This document shows positions 38,317-48,157 of a stretch of DNA of 59,206 bases, piece after piece; position 1 is the stretch's first letter; each line of letters begins with the position of its first letter. The DNA is from a bacterium (GTDB lineage: Bacteria; Zhuqueibacterota; Zhuqueibacteria; Residuimicrobiales; Residuimicrobiaceae): NCBI GenBank assembly GCA_036788095.1, contig DAIQOA010000004.1, positions 1 to 59,206 on the forward strand, written 5' to 3'. The translations under genes and the position numbers were made by a program. A model generated the notes under the pieces. That model was not told the origin of the DNA and did not search any database. It saw only the letters and a program-made list of their open reading frames with translations.

Positions 38317-38667
38317 TCATACCGCGGAGTGCTGCTCCTTGTTTGTTCTTGGAGAAATGCCTTCACTTTTGAAGCATTTACAAACGCAGCAGTACAGGAT
38401 GATGAGCATGAATCCCCCCAACAGTGCGGGAAAAAGAGAGACCAACACCCCATAGGCCGGACCCCAACGGCCGATGACGGGAGTGCCCAACCAAGACCCC
38501 AGCCAGGCGAGTACCCAGGTGCAGATGAAACAAGGCGGGCAATCGCACGGAAGCTTGTTCGGTCCAGACCATATTGGTTTACAGATAACGAACCACCAGA
38601 TCAAAGCAACAAGCAGACTGACTAAAGTAATGACAGCCCAACAGGTAAAATCCATATACCATATCAT
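38317..38667 (-). CDS. Cys-rich small membrane protein, GlsB/YeaQ/YmgE-like
   Basis: GGAGG SD; three hydrophobic segments, LGSWLGTPVIGRWGP motif; nine Cys. Confidence 0.65.
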   Translation of the reverse strand: MIWYMDFTCWAVITLVSLLVALIWWFVICKPIWSGPNKLPCDCPPCFICTWVLAWLGSWLGTPVIGRWGPAYGVLVSLFPALLGGFMLIILYCCVCKCFKSEGISPRTNKEQHSAV

Positions 38668-39062
38668 AGCACCTTCCTCCCATTTAAGTCAGCCGCCAAT
38701 CTACAGCAAAGTTTTTTATTAGTATCGTGTGTTGTTTTACAGAATGGTTTTGCCTATCGGAACCCTTGAGATGCCCCCAGAGACAGAACGATACCTACCG
38801 CCCTAGCTGTTGCCTAAAAATGGATCAACGGTTTCGAGGATTGATTACGACACCGTTTTATCAGATGACGGCAAGGACCACTGAGGCAAAATGGTTAACA
38901 CCGGCTGAGGAGTCATGATCCTGCCTTCTCGTGAAATAATGCAAGCTTTGTGCCAGCTAAAAAATCGTACAGATCGAAAAACAGTTTGGGGTTATTGCAA
39001 AAAATAACAGGGGGTTATTGGTCTTGATATTAATGGGGGGTACTCTCACTCAAAAGTACATC

Positions 39063-39099
39063 ATGGTAATTTTACCATGATTAGTGGCTATTTTACCGT
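39063..39099. promoter_or_regulatory. Second doublet of ATGGTA-N4-TACCAT-like palindromes (21-bp period)
   Basis: ATGGTAATTTTACCAT at 39063 and GTGGCTATTTTACCGT at 39084. Confidence 0.5.
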
Positions 39100-39357
39100 A
39101 ATTTCATCTATCCTGAAAAAAACGGAGACCAGGTTTTACGATGTCTCTTCACGTCATTTAAAGACGGACGCTCTAACCGGAAACAGTTTTTACCCCGCAA
39201 GGAGAGGTCTGTTTCATATTCGATGATCCAGAGAAACTAGCAAACCAGGGAATTGTACAACAAAAGGATCATGCTGCTTCGAGGCTGTTGTAAATCCAAA
39301 ATTCGATAAGAATTGACCGGGAATTCGCTTTTGCCGGGGGCAAAAATGACCGGCCGC

Positions 39358-39661
39358 CTATTGCATCAACACCATCTTGATGATCTTTTAAGCCGAAGAG
39401 AGCGTCAGCACCGCGTAATAAATGCCGGTGGCGAGAGGTCGATCCGCAGCGGAAAAGATCGCCCTCTGCTCCCATGCTGTCCGTGGTGGTTGTCAGCGCT
39501 TGAATAATTGGGTTCCCCGGAAGAGCGATGCATTCCTGCCAGACAACGCCATCATCAGCTGAAGACAGGATCTTTTTACTGACAACGGTATAGATCAGCG
39601 GATTCTGCGCCAGCGGGGCGCGATGCCGGCAGCAAAGGCAGCGCTCGCCGCAATCTGCCAC
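39358..39661 (-). pseudogene. Decayed remnant of a secreted BNR-repeat protein with a C-terminal sorting tail
   Basis: SSADDGVVW Asp-box in one frame; EQRAIFSAADRPLATGIYYAVLTLSSA*KIIKMVLMQ* tail in another frame, with internal TAA at 39388-39390. Confidence 0.45.
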
Positions 39662-39711
39662 TGGTGCCGTTCACCGGAAACCGCTGCTCGCGTCGGCAAG
39701 TCGAGTACTCT

Positions 39712-40179
39712 TCAGGGATGCTTCACCTGCTCGAGCAGCATTCCGATGGTCTTGAGCAACCGCTGATCGCGGGTCTCCTGCTTTTTGGCCCCCTCGATCC
39801 AGCGCACATACTCTTTCCTGTTGGTATAGGACAGCTCGTCAAACCAGCGCTTGGCCCGCGGATTTTCATCCAACAATCGGCCCAGGTCAGCGGGGATCTC
39901 CACCTCGCGGGGCTCTTCATCTTTGCGCAAAACGACATGGACGCTGTCGCCGGGGTTCTTGCCGATGGCCGTCCGCACCTGTTGGGTCAATCCCAGCCAG
40001 TGGCACGGTGAACCCATCTTGACCAGCGAACCGCGGTATTCATGGCCGTCAAAAGTCGCCACCACCTTCACCCGGCCATTGACGCCAAACTCCTTTTCAA
40101 CCTCAAAAGGAAATTCAATGAAAGCGGCATCCAGACCGGGATGTTTTTGGATAACGGCATCAAATTCATAGCTCTTCAT
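39712..40179 (-). CDS. DUF1905 + YdeI/OmpD-associated family protein
   Basis: FIEFPF...GRVKVVATFDG..YRGSL..MG; IPADL...LSYTNRKEYVRWIEGAKK.ETR. Confidence 0.9.
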   Translation of the reverse strand: MKSYEFDAVIQKHPGLDAAFIEFPFEVEKEFGVNGRVKVVATFDGHEYRGSLVKMGSPCHWLGLTQQVRTAIGKNPGDSVHVVLRKDEEPREVEIPADLGRLLDENPRAKRWFDELSYTNRKEYVRWIEGAKKQETRDQRLLKTIGMLLEQVKHP

Positions 40180-40306
40180 GGTGCAGCTCCAGGTTCACAA
40201 TATTTGTCTGCATAGAACACCGTGCCTGAATTTCAGCACTTCTCAGGCCTCAATAATCATTGGGGAATCAGTAAACCCCATCGCAGCAAAAGATTATAAC
40301 CAGCCG

Positions 40307-42490
40307 TCACCGCAGCAGCAGAAGCTGAATCTCCGCCGACCATTCGTCCGAGGTCATACGGCAGAAATAGGCGCCACTGGGCACTGCCGTTGCATTCCAG
40401 TGCACAGAGTGGGCGCCGGCCCCCAACGAGCGCGCCAGCAGCGTCGTTACCTCCCGTCCCCGCGCATCATAGATTTTCAGCGCGACCCTGCCCGGCCGCG
40501 GCAGCTTGAAATCGATGCGGGTGGCCGCATTGAAGGGATTGGGATAGTTCTGCGCCAGGTGGAAATCCTCCGGCGCAGAGAGCGGCGGCGTGGTGACGGC
40601 GGTCCGGCCAACAACTCCAGCGGCTTCGGCGGCTGCAGCCAGCATGCTCTGCGCACCTTTGCGGATCAGACCCGGTGATAATTTGTCGATCAAATCCTCC
40701 GCTTGATGGTAGTAGGGATCCAGGCCGCCCCAAATTTCCTCTGCGCTGCCTTCCCCAAAAGAGATCGCGTCATAGCCGGCGGCGGCAAATGGGCCGTAAT
40801 CGCTGGCGCCCGTGGTATCGACCACCGCATCCAGGGTTGCGCCGATGCCATAGCGCCTATTGTAAACCAACGCTGAATCGATCAAGCGGTTGCGGCTGAG
40901 ATAGCTGCCCACCGTAAGCCGCGCCGGATTGCCGGTCAGCGGGTAGCCGATCATATCTCCATTGACCGCCGCCGCGATCTTGCGTTCTTCCTCATGGGCT
41001 TGCAGAACATAATGGGTGCTGCCGAACATGCCCAGTTCTTCACCGGATACGAGGAGAAACTTGAGAGCGGCGCCGAACTCGTACTCCCGGCAAAGCCTTG
41101 CGGCCTCCAGAACCGCGCTGGTTCCGGTGGCGTTATCATTGGCGCCGGGGGCGTAATGAAGGGGTTCATCGCTATACGAATCATAATGCGCCACCATCAC
41201 CACCTCCCGGTCCGGCGCCGTCACCCCTTTCCGGGCAGCCAGGATATTGCGCGAGAGGTGGATCAGACTCTCCGGCAGACGTTCCGTACAGGAGATCCAC
41301 TCTTCTTCACCCGTATTAATGAGCAAAACCCCTCGCGAACCGCAGGCCAACCATGATCCATCCTGCGTCCTGTCGATCCGGTACAGGTTCGGCCCCCACC
41401 CAAGGTTGAGGAGCGAGTACTCTTGCGCCCACCTCTTACCGCCGTCACGGGTTGAGAGGATCAGTCCGCTGACCGTGACGAGGCGTCCGTGCAGGCGATC
41501 GGCCATGATGATATCGCGGGGCTGATAGTGGGCCGGCAAATTCGTATTGAGCTCTTGCCACGAAGCGCCGCCATCGCCCGTGTAAAGGAGCAGTCCGTTT
41601 TCACCGGCCACCCACCCCTCCGTGGCAGAGATAAAAGAGAGTGCATGCAAACGGTACGAGGAATTTTTCAGCCGCGAGACCCAGCTCTTGCCGTGATCGC
41701 TGGAGAAGAAGAGGGCGCCGTAGTAGCTGCAGAGCCAGACATGACCGTCATCTTGAACATGCAGGTTCCAGAAAGCATCGGTGTTGTTCAGGGTAATTTT
41801 CTGCCAAGCCCCGCTCCTTTTTTCCTTACGATAGAGTACGCCCTTTTCGCCGCAAGCGAGCACAACGCCGTTCGGCAGAGCGGCGATATCCCAAAGATGA
41901 GGCGCGTCCTCCAATGCCGTTTTCGTCCAGGTAGCGCCGCCATCCCGGGTCCCGTAGAGGTTGCCATTATAGCTGCATGCCCATCCCTCGGTGGCCGAGA
42001 GAAAAGCGAGGCCGTAAAGGGGTTCTTTTTCATCAAGCGTGAGCTGCAACTGCCATGAGGCGCCGCGGTCCGTGCTGCGAAGGATGTGGCCGCGCAGTGA
42101 GACCGCCCAGAGAGAGTCGGATCCGACATGTGCAAGGTCATAAAGGTCCGTCAAACCAGTGGCATACCAGTCGGATTCGGCCTGGTATCCCAGACTTCGC
42201 AGCCGTTCAAGCAGGTACTCAGCGGCCTGGTCCCGCTGGGGGGCATACTCATAGCGGGTGCCAAAATCCTGCAGATCCTGGATGGTCCGTAACATAGAGT
42301 CGCTCGACACCTTGTCGACCATGTTCCGGATGTATGGCGACGAATCGAGGCTAGGCGGCCAGACCGCCTGAATAGATGGCTGGGCAACGGCTGGCAGAGC
42401 TCGCATTAGTTGGGATGGACGAGGCGGCTGGGCGAAGACAGGGGCGCCGATCAGGAAGGCAAGGATGATGAGCTTTGCAGTTCGTTGCAT
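40307..42490 (-). CDS. Secreted M28 peptidase with inserted YCF48/BNR beta-propeller and C-terminal sorting domain
   Basis: Signal peptide; M28 motifs AHYDS, GANDNATG, SGEELG, NGDMIG, YH; repeated SxDxGxxW boxes; LAQNYPNPFN tail. Confidence 0.88.
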   Translation of the reverse strand: MQRTAKLIILAFLIGAPVFAQPPRPSQLMRALPAVAQPSIQAVWPPSLDSSPYIRNMVDKVSSDSMLRTIQDLQDFGTRYEYAPQRDQAAEYLLERLRSLGYQAESDWYATGLTDLYDLAHVGSDSLWAVSLRGHILRSTDRGASWQLQLTLDEKEPLYGLAFLSATEGWACSYNGNLYGTRDGGATWTKTALEDAPHLWDIAALPNGVVLACGEKGVLYRKEKRSGAWQKITLNNTDAFWNLHVQDDGHVWLCSYYGALFFSSDHGKSWVSRLKNSSYRLHALSFISATEGWVAGENGLLLYTGDGGASWQELNTNLPAHYQPRDIIMADRLHGRLVTVSGLILSTRDGGKRWAQEYSLLNLGWGPNLYRIDRTQDGSWLACGSRGVLLINTGEEEWISCTERLPESLIHLSRNILAARKGVTAPDREVVMVAHYDSYSDEPLHYAPGANDNATGTSAVLEAARLCREYEFGAALKFLLVSGEELGMFGSTHYVLQAHEEERKIAAAVNGDMIGYPLTGNPARLTVGSYLSRNRLIDSALVYNRRYGIGATLDAVVDTTGASDYGPFAAAGYDAISFGEGSAEEIWGGLDPYYHQAEDLIDKLSPGLIRKGAQSMLAAAAEAAGVVGRTAVTTPPLSAPEDFHLAQNYPNPFNAATRIDFKLPRPGRVALKIYDARGREVTTLLARSLGAGAHSVHWNATAVPSGAYFCRMTSDEWSAEIQLLLLR

Positions 42491-42673
42491 ATGGCCCCCA
42501 TCTTTAAACGGGACTTAAAACCAACGGCCGGGCTGATATGGAGAAAGACCCTTGGCGTGATGATAGCAAACAAAAAAGCACTTGGTGGATCACGGCGGTG
42601 AGCGAATCAGACCGATTGGCTTGGCAAGGTTCGCTCAACCACCGGAATCCGCCATAGAGTTAACAGCAAGGCC

Positions 42674-43150
42674 TCAGACCTGCCCGGCGTTGATTTCATC
42701 ACCCAGAGCCAATAGTTCTTCATTCGCAGGGATGTCGCGCATGCTGTGGCCATAGTGCACGTAGCGTGCCACTCCAGCCTTGTCGATCAACACCTGGGCC
42801 GGCATCCGTCCCAGCTTGAACAGATTCACCTCTTGCCCGTAAAGTTTCAGGACGCTATAGGTCGGATCGGGCAGACCGATGAAGGGCAGTGCCTCCCTGC
42901 TAAAGTAGTCGGCGAATGTCTTGGCATTTTCCGGGCCGACCACGATGATCTCGACATCGCGATCGACGAATTTTGTGTAGTCCTGGCGCAACTGCGCCAT
43001 GTGCGCGCGGCAGAACGGTCAGGTGAAGGTCCTGTTAAAGACGAGCAGGACGTTCTTCACTCCGCGCAAGTCGACCAGGCGGACCGTGGCGCCGCGATAG
43101 TCAGCCAGGCTGAAATCAGGCGCTTTCTGGTTGAGGGATACGCGTGGCAT
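42674..43150 (-). CDS. AhpC/TSA (peroxiredoxin-like) redoxin, selenoprotein with UxxC motif
   Basis: AAGGAG SD + ATG 43150; KAPDFSL...LLVFNRTFT-TGA-PFC, in frame (codon 44, 43019-43021) with the downstream redoxin ORF. Confidence 0.85.
42984..42999 (-). promoter_or_regulatory. Candidate bacterial SECIS hairpin
   Basis: TGGCGC-AGTT-GCGCCA starting 20 nt after the UGA; G in the second loop position. Confidence 0.6.
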
Positions 43151-43196
43151 GGTGACTCTCCTTTTGTGAAAATGATGGCCTGCCCCACAGCACGCG

Positions 43197-43820
43197 CTAA
43201 TAGGTCAAGCCGACCGCTTGGCGCAGAAAGCGTTCATCCACCAGGTTCTTCAGGATAAAATCAGCCACATCCGCGCGTGCGATGCGCGGCTGGCCGACTT
43301 TCACGTTTGGGTCGGTGATGCAGCGATAAACGCCGGTCCGTGATCCGTCCTCCAGTCCACCCGGTCGGACAATGATCCAGTCGAGGCCGCTCGCGCGGAT
43401 GATCCCCTCCTCGATCTCCTTCTCGCCCAGCGCCTTGCGCAGAAAGAGGGGCGCCACGATTTTGCGCGACAGCCAACCCATTTGCGCCAGGCTGTCGCCA
43501 ACCCCGTACGAAGAGACGTGAATCAGCCGTTTGACTCCCGCCCGGCTCATCGCCGCGACGATGTTCTGCACACCTCCCGGCAGCACACCATAGTTGCCGC
43601 CGCGCGGCCCCAGTGCCGAGAGGACGGCCTCCTGACCGGCAATCGCACGGTCGACGGCCGACGCATCGGAGACATCGCCCTTGACGATCGTGAGTCCGGG
43701 GCGCGGCTCCAAAGCGGCCGGGTTACGCACGAACACCGTCACCGCATGGCCCTGCGCCAGACCCTGATCCAGCAGGGCGCGCCCCGTTTTTCCAGTAGCT
43801 CCAAACACCAATAGTTTCAT
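43197..43820 (-). CDS. NAD(P)H-binding atypical SDR (flavin reductase/BVR-B-like)
   Basis: VFGATGKTG, DWIIVRPG, IARADVA. Confidence 0.9.
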   Translation of the reverse strand: MKLLVFGATGKTGRALLDQGLAQGHAVTVFVRNPAALEPRPGLTIVKGDVSDASAVDRAIAGQEAVLSALGPRGGNYGVLPGGVQNIVAAMSRAGVKRLIHVSSYGVGDSLAQMGWLSRKIVAPLFLRKALGEKEIEEGIIRASGLDWIIVRPGGLEDGSRTGVYRCITDPNVKVGQPRIARADVADFILKNLVDERFLRQAVGLTY

Positions 43821-44200
43821 GTTGAAATCCTTTTTTTGAGTGCATACGCCCCACTCTCTATCGGCGGAACACTACTCCCTCGGTTCGGCGAGTCAACTCC
43901 GGCCTGCTGGTAAATTAGCCAACAAGAGTCTGAAAATCAACCAGAATTGCTAAAAAGCAAGTAAATAGGCTATCCTGATGCTTGATCAACTTGCATGAAT
44001 CCTAAGGATGGGAAGAATTTCTGATGTAGGGAAAAAGCCGGGGATCACATAACAAAAAACCGCTGGTGGGGACGGCAGCCGCTCCCATTCGGCTAGATTA
44101 TGATAAAAGTGCGAGTAACAAATCCGAATGCTATTCGACGGTTCGCGTCATCTTTGGGTGCTGCCAGCAAGTACGCCTTGTATTTGTTACAGCGCATAAT

Positions 44201-45490
44201 TCAAATCACCTTTCCATCCGGAATCAGCGCGCCCTTGATCACAATGACGATGCCGTTGCGGATCCAAAAGCCCTCCTGCTCGCGGGACGACTCTTGTACG
44301 TGGTCGCGATTGATAATCTGCACGTTCTTGCCGATGCGCGCATTCTTGTCGATGATCGCCCGGTGAATCACACCGCCCTCGCCGATGCCCAGCGGCGGCA
44401 GTCCTCGGCCCAGATCCTGCTCCTGCTCTTCAGCCGACTGATAGTAATCCGCACCCATCAACAGAGTCTCCTCGATCATCGTGCGCCGGCCGATGCGGCT
44501 GCGAATGCCGACGATGGACTTGCGGATCACCGCCTCTTTTATCGTGCAGCCGTCACAGAGCATCGACTGCTGGATTGCGCAGTTCTCCACCACCGTGGGC
44601 GGCAGAAACCGCGGACGGGTGAAAATCGGTTCGCCGACATCGTAAAAATTAAACTCCGGATCAGGCCCTTGCACCAGACGCAGATTGGCGTTATAGAACG
44701 CCTCGATGGTGCCGATATCCTCCCAATAGCCGCTGAACAGATAGGCCTGCACGTTATGGTGATCCAACGCCGACGGGATCATCTCTTTGCTGAAATCGGT
44801 CTGCTGCAGATGTTCGGTCAACAGGTGGATCAAAACCTTTTTTTTAAACACATAAATGCCCATGGAAGCGAGGTAAGGTTTTTGCCGCAGGGCGGCTTTG
44901 TTCTGGCCCGGCAACGGCGAGCGCAGGCGCATGGCTTTGAGCTCCGCGCCCCTGGGCTTTTCCCGGAACTCGATCACCCGGCCTTCGCTGTTGCAGCGCA
45001 AGAGGCCGAACTCGCCGGCGTTCGCTTCCTTTGCCGAAATCACCGACAGAGTGATGTCCGCTTTGGTCTGGCGATGATGATCCACCAGCAGGCCGTAATC
45101 CATCCGGTAGAGATGATCGCCGGACAGAATCACATAATCGGACACGTCCAATTCCTGCAGGGTTAAAAGATATTGGCGTACGGCATCCGCGGTTCCCTGA
45201 AACCAATCAGAACGCTCCGGCGTCTGCTGAGCCGCCAGCACTTCGACAAAGCCGGATGAAAAAGGAGAAAAGCGATAGGTCTGGCCGAGATGACGATGCA
45301 GGGAGGCGGAGTTGAATTGGGTGAGCACATAGATTTTTTCAATGCCCGAATGCAGGCAATTGCTCATCGGAATGTCGATCAGCCGGTACTTGCCGGCCAG
45401 CGGCACCGCCGGTTTGGCGCGCACCTGGGTGAGGGGATACAAACGCGTGCCCCGGCCGCCGCCGAGGATGATCGCCGCAACGTTTTTCAT
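44201..45490 (-). CDS. glgC: Glucose-1-phosphate adenylyltransferase
   Basis: [52 protein letters not shown]. Confidence 0.97.
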   Translation of the reverse strand: MKNVAAIILGGGRGTRLYPLTQVRAKPAVPLAGKYRLIDIPMSNCLHSGIEKIYVLTQFNSASLHRHLGQTYRFSPFSSGFVEVLAAQQTPERSDWFQGTADAVRQYLLTLQELDVSDYVILSGDHLYRMDYGLLVDHHRQTKADITLSVISAKEANAGEFGLLRCNSEGRVIEFREKPRGAELKAMRLRSPLPGQNKAALRQKPYLASMGIYVFKKKVLIHLLTEHLQQTDFSKEMIPSALDHHNVQAYLFSGYWEDIGTIEAFYNANLRLVQGPDPEFNFYDVGEPIFTRPRFLPPTVVENCAIQQSMLCDGCTIKEAVIRKSIVGIRSRIGRRTMIEETLLMGADYYQSAEEQEQDLGRGLPPLGIGEGGVIHRAIIDKNARIGKNVQIINRDHVQESSREQEGFWIRNGIVIVIKGALIPDGKVI

Positions 45491-45720
45491 ACGAGCCCCG
45501 TGCTTGCTGAAGAATAAAACTAATCAGGCCGCTGGTCGGCCGCCTTCGCCGGACAGCCGCAAAGTATTAAAAAAAAAACAAAAATCAAAGTCCAGAATCT
45601 TCGCCTTCTCCCCGCGGAACCGGCGGTGGACAACATTTTATTTGGACCTCAGCGCGCAATTAAGTAAATTATCGGAAAGTGCCGGTGGAAATAGCATCGG
45701 CCCGCTCAAGGAGATCGTCG

Positions 45721-47289
45721 ATGAAGCCGAAACTTTCTATCCTCTTGACCACGCCGGAACCCTCCTCTTCCGGTAAAAAGCTGTTGACCAAGACCTTCAC
45801 CTCGCTGACCGGTCAATCCGATCTCCGCTTCGAGGTAATCTGCTACGGTCAAATGGACGAGGCGGAAGCCCTGTGCCGGGAGTACGGTTTCATCCATGTG
45901 GACGTGAAAACGGACCCAAGCAGCAAAGCGCTGAACGCCGCGCTGCAGCGGGCGCAGGGCGACTATGTGCTGATTTGCAACAACCGCAGCAATCTGATTG
46001 AATTCAAAAAATCGGCAGCCGCGTTTTATTCTATGGTTATGGAGCGCAATCCGCTTTGTCCGCTGTTGTACGCGGATTATGACCTGATCGACCATGGCGA
46101 GGTCAAACCGCGCAAATTGTTGGAATGGCATCCGGGCCGGCTGACCGATTCCTGGGACCTGGGATATTGTCTCCTGTTCCGCAGCCGCTTTTTGCAGGAG
46201 ATCGGCTTTTGCGACGAGCGCTACCGGTTCCACCCCCTGTATGATCTTCGCCTGAAGGCGTTTGAGCGCGGCCATCTGGTGCACGTCTCCAACCGCTTCA
46301 ACGGCGCGCCCTATCGCGTGCACGCGGCGGAACAGGGGCTGGATGTGTTCGCCTATCTGAAAACCGGCAAAGAGGTGCAACGGGAGCTGGAGGCCATCGT
46401 GACCGAACACCTGCGCCGCATCGGCGCGTACCTCGCCGACGGACAGAATTACCACTCGGTTCGCTACACCGCGGAGGAGGAAGCGGCGTTCCGCTCCTGC
46501 ATCGCCAGCGTGGTCATCCCGGTTTTCAATCGACCCGAGTTCATCGGCCCGGCCATCGAATCGGTTCAGGCCCAGACCGTGCAGAACATCGAGTGCGTCG
46601 TGGTTTGCAACGGCGGCGCCGAAGACCCCACGGTGGCGCAGGTTCAACGCTATCTGCCCGGCGGCGATTGCTATGATCCGCACAAACCGGCTGTGCGGCT
46701 GCTGGTGCACGATCTCAATGTGCTGGGCTTGTGCTTCAACGACGCCCTGCAGAGCTCAAAAGCCAAGTACTATATTCAACTGGATTCCGACGATCTGCTG
46801 TTTCCCCAGGCGGTGGAAAAAATTCTTCAAGTGTATGATAAAGACGATCGCATCGGCATGGTGATCGGCTCCTATCAGGTGTTTGAAAAGACAGCCGACG
46901 GCGCCATCCAGCCGGTGCTGGTGGACGGCAAACCCTTTGTGGTTACCCATGACGAATGGAGCGAAGAAAACGGCCGCAACAACCTGCTGCGCATCGGCGG
47001 CGCCGGCGCGCCGCGCTCCATCAAAATCCGGGTGCTGGAAGAACTGGGCTGGTTCGGTATGAACGACAGCCCCTACTCGCGCAATTACGGCGAAGATTAT
47101 GAACTGGTGAACAAATGCGCTGAACGGTATCGCATCGGCCGCGTGTGGGAGCCGATCTACAAGGTGGTTCGCCACAGCGGCGGCACGGATCACATGATCG
47201 ATCAGGCCACCATCGACATCAACGACAACGCCAAAGACCACATGCGGTTGGAGGCGTTGGCACGAAGAAAGAAAATAAACCAGGCGTAA
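45721..47289 (+). CDS. Glycosyltransferase family 2, two GT-A-like domains
   Basis: [20 protein letters not shown] motifs; AAGGAG SD before ATG 45721. Confidence 0.85.
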   Translation: MKPKLSILLTTPEPSSSGKKLLTKTFTSLTGQSDLRFEVICYGQMDEAEALCREYGFIHVDVKTDPSSKALNAALQRAQGDYVLICNNRSNLIEFKKSAAAFYSMVMERNPLCPLLYADYDLIDHGEVKPRKLLEWHPGRLTDSWDLGYCLLFRSRFLQEIGFCDERYRFHPLYDLRLKAFERGHLVHVSNRFNGAPYRVHAAEQGLDVFAYLKTGKEVQRELEAIVTEHLRRIGAYLADGQNYHSVRYTAEEEAAFRSCIASVVIPVFNRPEFIGPAIESVQAQTVQNIECVVVCNGGAEDPTVAQVQRYLPGGDCYDPHKPAVRLLVHDLNVLGLCFNDALQSSKAKYYIQLDSDDLLFPQAVEKILQVYDKDDRIGMVIGSYQVFEKTADGAIQPVLVDGKPFVVTHDEWSEENGRNNLLRIGGAGAPRSIKIRVLEELGWFGMNDSPYSRNYGEDYELVNKCAERYRIGRVWEPIYKVVRHSGGTDHMIDQATIDINDNAKDHMRLEALARRKKINQA

Positions 47290-47296
47290 CATTCTC

Positions 47297-48028
47297 ATGC
47301 AAGAAAAAACGGAAAAACTGATGAACGCCGTCTACAACGAACTGGCCGGCGGTCCGGCCCAGCCCAATTCCCTGGCCGGGCTCATCGACCATACGCTGCT
47401 CAAACCGGAGGCCAATGAAGCGCAGATCATCCAGCTATGCCGGGAGGCGATGCAGTACGGCTTTTACTCTGTCTGCGTGAATCCCTGCTGGGTGAAAACC
47501 TGCAGCCAGCAGCTCGCCGGCAGCGGAGTGAAGGTCTGTTCGGTGATCGGCTTTCCCCTCGGCGCCCATTGCACCTGCCTCAAGGTCGCGGAAACCGAAC
47601 GGGCGGTGCAAGACGGCGCGGCGGAGGTGGATATGGTGCTCAACGTGGGCCGACTGAAATCCGGCGACATTCCTTTTGTCCGCGACGACATTCAGCGCGT
47701 GGTCCAGGCCGCCAAGCCCAGCCTGGTGAAGGTCATTATAGAGACCTGCCTGCTGACCGACGAAGAAAAGATCACCGCCTGCGTGTTGGCCAAAGAAGCC
47801 GGCGCCCATTTCGTCAAAACCTCCACCGGCTTTAATGTGGCCGGCGCCAAGACAGAGGACGTTGCGCTGATGCGGCGTGTGGTGGGCGAGGCGCTCGGCG
47901 TCAAGGCCTCCGGCGGCATTCGCGACCGGCGGACCGCCCTGGCCATGATCGCCGCCGGCGCCAACCGGCTGGGCGTCAGCGCCGGCATCGCCATCGTCAC
48001 CGACACGACCGCTGCGCCGGCCGCATGA
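47297..48028 (+). CDS. deoC: Deoxyribose-phosphate aldolase
   Basis: [37 protein letters not shown]. Confidence 0.97.
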   Translation: MQEKTEKLMNAVYNELAGGPAQPNSLAGLIDHTLLKPEANEAQIIQLCREAMQYGFYSVCVNPCWVKTCSQQLAGSGVKVCSVIGFPLGAHCTCLKVAETERAVQDGAAEVDMVLNVGRLKSGDIPFVRDDIQRVVQAAKPSLVKVIIETCLLTDEEKITACVLAKEAGAHFVKTSTGFNVAGAKTEDVALMRRVVGEALGVKASGGIRDRRTALAMIAAGANRLGVSAGIAIVTDTTAAPAA

Positions 48029-48157
48029 CCAGCGGCGCCAAGCAAGCGGAATGGCGATGAGAAAACTCTGGTTGTTCTCCTAACCCAGACCACTTAAACT
48101 ATCTTACGCGGAGCAAGGCCCTGGCGGCGCAGAAATTCACGCGCGGCCACCGGTCGA

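Noticed and set aside
42674-43000. 108-aa redoxin as a complete gene, or the locus as a nonsense pseudogene
   Set aside because: It lacks the N-terminus and active site. The upstream in-frame segment, SD, TGA at the catalytic position and hairpin fit Sec read-through better.
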